From positions 5,133 through 69,132 of the forward strand of contig CAIMLA010000050.1 in the NCBI GenBank assembly GCA_903842085.1: DNA of 64,000 nt, in the 5' to 3' direction. Below, piece after piece: positions 58,356-64,000 of the stretch; the stretch's first letter is position 1, and each line of letters starts with the position of its first letter. The notes beneath the pieces were generated by a model that was given only the letters and a program-made list of their open reading frames with translations, made no database searches and was not told the origin of the DNA. The position numbers and the translations under genes are program-made. The DNA comes from an uncultured bacterium. Its GTDB lineage: Bacteria > Patescibacteriota > CPR2 > UBA1875 > CAIMLA01.

Positions 58356-60084
58356 CTTCTTTACTCTCTTTCATATCAATAATATGGAGATCGATATTTT
58401 TAGTATTATTCCATTCGTTTAACTCAACAGTGTAGATAATGTCAACTATTTCTGATTTCAACTTCTCAAGATTAGGCCCAAAGTTAAAATACATTCCTGG
58501 GATTTTATAGCCTGCCCCGTCCTTTAAAACTAGTTTAAGGTGATTTTTTTCTTTTCCGACTAGCTTCTTCTCATAGACGTTGACCGCATAAGTCATAAAA
58601 CGAGGTTTGTTATTGCCACAACCAAAGGGTTCTAATTTTTCTAAATTATCGATTAATTCTTGATCAATATTTTTGAACGATAATCGACAATCAATTTTTA
58701 TTTCTGGAACCAAATCTTCCCAACTAATTAATTTGTCTGAGATCTTAATTAATTTAGCCTCTAATGCCTTGAAGTTAGTCTTCTTCATTGTAAAACCAGC
58801 CGCTTGGGAGTGGCCACCATATTTAATAAAGAGTTCACGACACTCATCTAGGGCCCTGATTAAATCGAATTCCTTTATTGATCGGGCTGATCCCTTCAAC
58901 ATTTCTTTTTCTTCTTCCATAATGAGAATTGGCCGATGATACCTATCGGCCAGCCTCGAAGCTGCAATACCGATAATGCCGGCGGGCCAATCCTTACTTT
59001 TTAACAAAAATATTTTTCTATTTTTTTCATACTTATTTTCTACTATCACTGCTTTGGCCTCACTAACAATCCGTTCTGTCTCTTTCTGGCGTAACTGATT
59101 TAGTTCGTTTAGTTCTATGGAAATTTCATTTAACTCGTGCTCATCTTTCTCTAACAATAACTGGAGGCTGAGACTAGCATTTTTTAACCTTCCGGCTGCG
59201 TTTAATCTCGGGCCCAAGCCAAAACCGACATTATAGCTATTAATCCTTTTGTTTTCGAGCCCAATTGACTGTATCAGTGCTTGTAAGCCAAGGTTCCTAC
59301 TCTTGCCAAGGACTTTTAGTCCATATTTGGCTAAGATTCTATTATCTCCAGACAAAGGCACGATGTCACAGATCGTTCCTAGTGCGACCAAATCAAGAAA
59401 CCACTTCTCTTGCCCCTCCGGCAGTGATTGAATAAGGTTTTTTTGTAACGCTCTAATCAAACAAAAAGCAACTCCGACACCAGCCAGTTCGTTTACTTTA
59501 TTTTCGTTACTTGTCCTTTTGGGATTGACGACGATGCAATCTGGCAGGATCTCTTTATCGTTTATTTTCGTTATTTCGTGATGATCAGTTACGACTACTT
59601 CAAGTCCTATTTTTTTGGCATAGGCGATCTCTTTGATCGAACTTGAGCCACAGTCAACCGTTATGACCAAATCAATTTGGTCTTTTTTCATTCTCTCAAT
59701 TGAACTCTTATTTAAACCATAACCTTCTTCTTGCCTTGAAGGGATATATGAGCTAACTTCAAGGCCGACTATTTCAAAAAACCGAACCAACAAAGCGGTT
59801 GCGCTAACACCGTCGACGTCATAATCTCCATAGATTGCGATTCTTTTCTTTTCGCTAATCGCTTTCTCGATAACCCCGACTGCCTCGTTCATCCCCTTAA
59901 TCTGACTGGGGAGAGAAAGGTTTTCATATTTTATATTTAAAAAATCTTCTGCTTCTTGCTCGCTCGTTAGGCCTCTCTGCGACAAGATACTTATTAAAAT
60001 TGGAGGGATCTTCCCCGACCTAAACTTGTCAGGAAGGGGCAATATCCAACTCTTATCGACCGGTGGGGTAGTCTCTTCTGCCAT
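58342..60084 (-). CDS. recJ: Single-stranded-DNA-specific exonuclease RecJ
   Basis: DHH (DYDVDGVSA ... TDHH) and DHHA1 domains. Confidence 0.85.
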   Translation of the reverse strand: MAEETTPPVDKSWILPLPDKFRSGKIPPILISILSQRGLTSEQEAEDFLNIKYENLSLPSQIKGMNEAVGVIEKAISEKKRIAIYGDYDVDGVSATALLVRFFEIVGLEVSSYIPSRQEEGYGLNKSSIERMKKDQIDLVITVDCGSSSIKEIAYAKKIGLEVVVTDHHEITKINDKEILPDCIVVNPKRTSNENKVNELAGVGVAFCLIRALQKNLIQSLPEGQEKWFLDLVALGTICDIVPLSGDNRILAKYGLKVLGKSRNLGLQALIQSIGLENKRINSYNVGFGLGPRLNAAGRLKNASLSLQLLLEKDEHELNEISIELNELNQLRQKETERIVSEAKAVIVENKYEKNRKIFLLKSKDWPAGIIGIAASRLADRYHRPILIMEEEKEMLKGSARSIKEFDLIRALDECRELFIKYGGHSQAAGFTMKKTNFKALEAKLIKISDKLISWEDLVPEIKIDCRLSFKNIDQELIDNLEKLEPFGCGNNKPRFMTYAVNVYEKKLVGKEKNHLKLVLKDGAGYKIPGMYFNFGPNLEKLKSEIVDIIYTVELNEWNNTKNIDLHIIDMKESKEVVQN

Positions 60085-60101
60085 AAATTTCTCGATTTAA
60101 T

Positions 60102-60995
60102 TTAAGATTTTAATTGCTTGGTTTTCTTATCTTTATAGTTTTGCCAGGTAACGAGTAATGAGGCTGAATTAAAGATTGAAGAGTAAGTCCCAAGAAGGAT
60201 CCCGATCACAAGAGTGAGGACGAAATATTTTATACTATCACCGCCGAATAGATATAAGATAAAGACTATGATAAAAGCGAGAAAAGAAGTACTGAGATCC
60301 CGTCCTAACATTTCGACAATGCTTCGATTAACCACCTCAGAAAAGTTTTCAGAGGTTCCTTTTATTAAGTTTTCCCTGATCCGGTCGTAGATAACAACCG
60401 TGTCATGAACCGAAAATCCAATGACGGTTAAGACTGCGGTAATAAATAATGGGTCAACTTCAATATTAAACAAGACGCCTAAAATAGAGAAGATTCCCAG
60501 TAGAGCCAAAGCGTCGTGCAATATGCCCGCGACGGCGGTCGTGCCAAAGGTCCACGAGTTTGCGGGTTTAGGCACCTTCCGAAACGTATAAGCCAGGTAG
60601 AGAACGATTAAGATCGATGACAAGAAAATCGAGATAAAAGCCCGTTGAGTGATTTCTTTAGAAATTGACGGTCCCACTGTTTCGATCCTGATTTCTTTAA
60701 CGTTTTTTATCTTATTCAAGTCCGTCTTGAATTTTTTGTGGTTTTCTTCCGTTACTACTTTAGACCGAATAACTAAATTATTGTTATTTTCTGTTATCGT
60801 TACATTTTCGAAGTTGGCCTTTTTTGTGATTTCTTCGATTTTTGTTTTGTCATTTGTGCCTTCAATTTCAATGATTGTTCCACCTGTGAAATCGACCGAC
60901 AGTCTGAGCCCATATAAGGCGAGCGATATTATCCCTGGTAGGATAATAATAAAAGAGAGGAGATACCACCATTTTCTGTATTTTATGATATTCAC
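60102..60995 (-). CDS. secF: Protein translocase subunit SecF
   Basis: SecD/SecF family, 6 TM. Overlaps the secD stop. Confidence 0.85.
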   Translation of the reverse strand: MNIIKYRKWWYLLSFIIILPGIISLALYGLRLSVDFTGGTIIEIEGTNDKTKIEEITKKANFENVTITENNNNLVIRSKVVTEENHKKFKTDLNKIKNVKEIRIETVGPSISKEITQRAFISIFLSSILIVLYLAYTFRKVPKPANSWTFGTTAVAGILHDALALLGIFSILGVLFNIEVDPLFITAVLTVIGFSVHDTVVIYDRIRENLIKGTSENFSEVVNRSIVEMLGRDLSTSFLAFIIVFILYLFGGDSIKYFVLTLVIGILLGTYSSIFNSASLLVTWQNYKDKKTKQLKS

Positions 60996-62347
60996 TTTTG
61001 TACTTCCTTCTCTACCCTAAACAACCAATTTCTTTTAGTGAATTTTCTTTTTGAGATTAAGTCGATCAATGTTTGCGTCCCTAGATAGGTCGTCACTAGT
61101 CCAACAACTATCCCAATCGCCAAGGTAATTGCAAACCCTCTAATCATCCCTCCGGCCGTATATAAAATGGCACAGATAATTAAGCTGACCGCGTTCGAAT
61201 CTCGGACGCTTGGCCAGGCTCTCTTAAAGCCTAGTTTTGAGGCGGCGATAAAAGCATGACCGTTTCTTAGCTCTTCCCTTATTCTTTCAAAGACGAGCAC
61301 ATCCGTTTCCATCGACATCCCAATCGATAAGATTAAGCCCGCCACTCCAGCCATCGTCAGCGTAACCCCAAAGACCTTAAATATCGCCAGCATAAATAAA
61401 AGATATAATCCAAGACCAATTGTAGAAAATATTCCCAAAAATCGGTAATAAATTATCATATAGATCGAAACCGCAATAATCCCCAAGACGGCGGCAATCA
61501 AACTTTTATTTATCGATTCTTGACCTAACGAAGCCCCAACCGTTCTTTGCTCGATCACTTTAATCGAAGCTGGTAACGCGCCTGCATTAAGTTGGATCGA
61601 AAGCGTCTTGGCTTCATTGAAAGTAAACTTCCCCGTTATCTGGGCATTTCCGCCAACAATTTTTTCATTTACTTTCGGCGCAGAAACAATTTTATCATCT
61701 AGATAGATCGCAATCGGTTGTCCAACATTTCTACCCGTTATCTCTTCAAACTTCTTTGCTCCATCAGCATTAAATTGAATTGAAACCTGTGGTTCGTTTG
61801 TGTTTGGGTCAAAAGTAACATCGGCTTTCTTTAAATCTTTTCCATTTAACCCAGTTCCCACAAATTCGCTATTTTTATATTCCTTAAATTCCAACTGAGC
61901 CGTCTTCCCAATTAAATCAAGGGCTTCATCGGTGTTTTTTATTCCTGCTAACTCAACAGAGACCCTGTATTCGTTACCACTTTTTGAAGTCCGAACAATT
62001 GGCTCGGTTAACCCAAAGGCGTTGACTCTATTTTCTATGACTTTTTTTAACGAATCCATAGCACTGGTCTTGTCTTTTTCCGGTATCTTTGAAAGGTCTG
62101 CAACATAGACAATTGAGCTTCCGCCTTGCAAGTCTAGTCCCTCTTTTATTTTATAATTAATTGTAAAATTAACCAGATCACCTTTTGTTTCTACTTTCAC
62201 AAAAGGTGCCTTTTTCTCAAAGCTTATATTTGGTTTAGGTATTTTGACCTTTATTTCATAAGGCCAACTAATAATCCCCGCCACAATCACGAGAATTATT
62301 AGAAAAGCTAAGCGCAACCATATTTTTTTCTTTCTTCTCATATTCAA
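60992..62347 (-). CDS. secD: Protein translocase subunit SecD
   Basis: N-terminal TM and a large periplasmic domain. C-terminal 5-TM SecD/F core. Confidence 0.85.
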   Translation of the reverse strand: MNMRRKKKIWLRLAFLIILVIVAGIISWPYEIKVKIPKPNISFEKKAPFVKVETKGDLVNFTINYKIKEGLDLQGGSSIVYVADLSKIPEKDKTSAMDSLKKVIENRVNAFGLTEPIVRTSKSGNEYRVSVELAGIKNTDEALDLIGKTAQLEFKEYKNSEFVGTGLNGKDLKKADVTFDPNTNEPQVSIQFNADGAKKFEEITGRNVGQPIAIYLDDKIVSAPKVNEKIVGGNAQITGKFTFNEAKTLSIQLNAGALPASIKVIEQRTVGASLGQESINKSLIAAVLGIIAVSIYMIIYYRFLGIFSTIGLGLYLLFMLAIFKVFGVTLTMAGVAGLILSIGMSMETDVLVFERIREELRNGHAFIAASKLGFKRAWPSVRDSNAVSLIICAILYTAGGMIRGFAITLAIGIVVGLVTTYLGTQTLIDLISKRKFTKRNWLFRVEKEVQK

Positions 62348-62432
62348 CTCATTACTACGATATAATATACGATTTCTTCTTATCGGTAAAGATTCATTCG
62401 CTATATTCTATCATTACCGCTAAAATATTCTT

Positions 62433-64000
62433 ATGAATTATTATGAAATTGTGCCATTTTCTAATCTCGGTCGAAATCTATCTGTTTTGAGTTACGGCTT
62501 TGATGGAGATCTTATTCAAGGTCAGGCCGTTCTAATTCCTTTAAGACAAAAGGTCGCCGTTGGGATTGTTATAAAAAAAGTTGCTAAACCTCCCTTTGAG
62601 ACTAAGGTCATTACAAAATTAATCTACCAAAAGCCAGTTCTCGATCAAGATAGATTATCTTTGGCTTTCTGGATGAGCGAGTATTATGCTTGTTCATTAA
62701 CGACCGTCCTACAATCATTTCTACCCGCTGGTCTTGATAAAAAACGACGCTTAGTCACTCATAAAAAGCAAATTTTTTTAAAAGATTTATTACCAAAACT
62801 AACAAAAGACCAAACAACCGTCATTGATAGCATTTCTTTAAAAACTGACAAACCACATTTAATCCATGGCGTCACTGGCTCTGGGAAAACCGAGATATAT
62901 CTTAGATTGATAAGCGACAAGATTAAGGCTGGCCAACAAGCCCTAGTTCTAGTTCCAGAGATTTCATTGACACCACAAATGCTCCATGTTTTTCAAGATC
63001 GGTTTGGAGACCAGGTCGTCTTGATGCATAGCTATTTAAAAGATAGTGAACGTTTTAATAATTGGAGTTTAATTTTTGAGAACAAAGCAAAAATTGTCAT
63101 TGGCTCCCGCAGCGCTTTATTTGCCCCATTTTCAAATCTAGGCATAATCATCATCGATGAAGAGCACGAAAATACCTATAAACAAGATCAGACCCCAAGA
63201 TATAACACCATTAAAGTTGCCAGAAAATTAGCAGAAATCACAAAATGTGAGTTAGTCTTAGGCAGTGCGACTCCTTCTATCGAAAGTTTTTATGCCACAA
63301 GCATTGGTGAAATGTATCTTGATTCCTTGAGTAACAGAATTGTTCAAACAAACTTACCAAAGATTGATTTGGTTGATATGAGAACTGAATTTCAATTTGG
63401 AAACACCACCATTTTCTCCGGTTTATTAATCGACAAAATCAAACAAAATTTACAAGCGAAAAGACAAGTCCTCCTCTTTATCAATCGACGGGGCATGTCA
63501 ACTTTTATTAATTGTAGAGATTGTGGCTATGTCGCGAAATGTCCGAACTGTGATCTTTCTTTGACCTTTCACCTTAATAGCCTAAATTTGATTTGCCATC
63601 ATTGTAATTATCAAGAAAGAATACCGACCATTTGTCCTTCTTGTCAGAGCCTAGCCATCAAATATTTTGGCACCGGAACCCAAAGAGTCGAATCTGAATT
63701 AAAGAATGTTTTTGGCTTACCCTATACGATCGCTCGAATGGATCACGATAGCACAAAAAAAAGAGGTAGTCATGAAGATATTTTCTTAAAATTCAAGAAT
63801 AAAGATATCGATATCTTAATCGGGACTCAGATGATTACAAAAGGATGGGATCTACCAAATCTTGGCCTGGTGGGGATAATCTCTGCTGACACTTCCTTAA
63901 ATCTACCAGATTATAACTCCGCCGAGCAAACGTTTGATCTGATTACTCAGGTTTCAGGGCGAACTGGCCGAGGCGATCATCCAGGGGATGTCGTTTTGCA
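62433..64000 (+). CDS. priA: Primosomal protein N' (PriA helicase), partial; continues past the window end
   Basis: The open frame from ATG 62433 runs to the window edge. Walker A (GVTGSGKTEIYL), DEEH box, Cys4+Cys4 zinc module (CRDCGY...CPNC...CHHC...CPSC). Confidence 0.8.
   Translation, partial: MNYYEIVPFSNLGRNLSVLSYGFDGDLIQGQAVLIPLRQKVAVGIVIKKVAKPPFETKVITKLIYQKPVLDQDRLSLAFWMSEYYACSLTTVLQSFLPAGLDKKRRLVTHKKQIFLKDLLPKLTKDQTTVIDSISLKTDKPHLIHGVTGSGKTEIYLRLISDKIKAGQQALVLVPEISLTPQMLHVFQDRFGDQVVLMHSYLKDSERFNNWSLIFENKAKIVIGSRSALFAPFSNLGIIIIDEEHENTYKQDQTPRYNTIKVARKLAEITKCELVLGSATPSIESFYATSIGEMYLDSLSNRIVQTNLPKIDLVDMRTEFQFGNTTIFSGLLIDKIKQNLQAKRQVLLFINRRGMSTFINCRDCGYVAKCPNCDLSLTFHLNSLNLICHHCNYQERIPTICPSCQSLAIKYFGTGTQRVESELKNVFGLPYTIARMDHDSTKKRGSHEDIFLKFKNKDIDILIGTQMITKGWDLPNLGLVGIISADTSLNLPDYNSAEQTFDLITQVSGRTGRGDHPGDVVL

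Noticed and set aside
1-64000. Search for CRISPR arrays, insertion sequences, integrases, toxin-antitoxin pairs and tRNA genes.
   Set aside because: There are no direct-repeat arrays. No transposase, integrase or recombinase ORFs. No clover-leaf candidates with GTTCGA-type T-loops were recognised in intergenic gaps. The window appears to be core chromosome.

Overview
This is an AT-rich, very gene-dense bacterial chromosomal segment that is almost entirely housekeeping. About 85% of genes are on the minus strand, and several proteins have small or modified domains.

Genes present:
- Replication and repair: recR-ybaB, dnaX, dnaB, recJ, priA (partial).
- Translation: rplJ-rplL, rpsB-tsf-frr, rpmE-prfA, rplU, rpsU, ileS, proS, hisS, tgt.
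- Cell shape and division: PBP2-mreBCD, rodA/ftsW, ftsA-ftsZ, uppS, rseP, an LCP-family protein.
- Secretion: secDF, lepB.
- Partition: parAB.
- Stringent response: rel.
- Anaerobic ribonucleotide reductase: an nrdR-nrdD-nrdG operon.

No transposases, integrases, CRISPR arrays or tRNA genes were recognised by eye.

Points of interest:
1. The NrdD (class III RNR) catalytic subunit ends after its zinc ribbon. The glycyl-radical motif is on a separate 53-aa ORF with its own Shine-Dalgarno, between nrdD and nrdG.
2. A ~450-nt GC-rich structured RNA island lies between yggT/thioredoxin-like genes and the nrd operon. Its motifs match bacterial RNase P RNA CR-I, CR-II and CR-III, but I cannot place a canonical P4 helix.
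3. A GtrA / GT2 / two GT-C membrane glycosyltransferase cluster sits between ybaB-recR and dnaB.
4. Probable NrdR operator boxes lie upstream of nrdR.
5. A strongly ribosome-bound Cys-rich 61-aa ORF is divergent from an orphan STAS gene.
6. A B12-binding radical SAM gene with a partner membrane protein lies upstream of ileS.

The organism inference (small-genome, possibly CPR/Patescibacteria-like) rests only on gene content and compositional style, not on any search.
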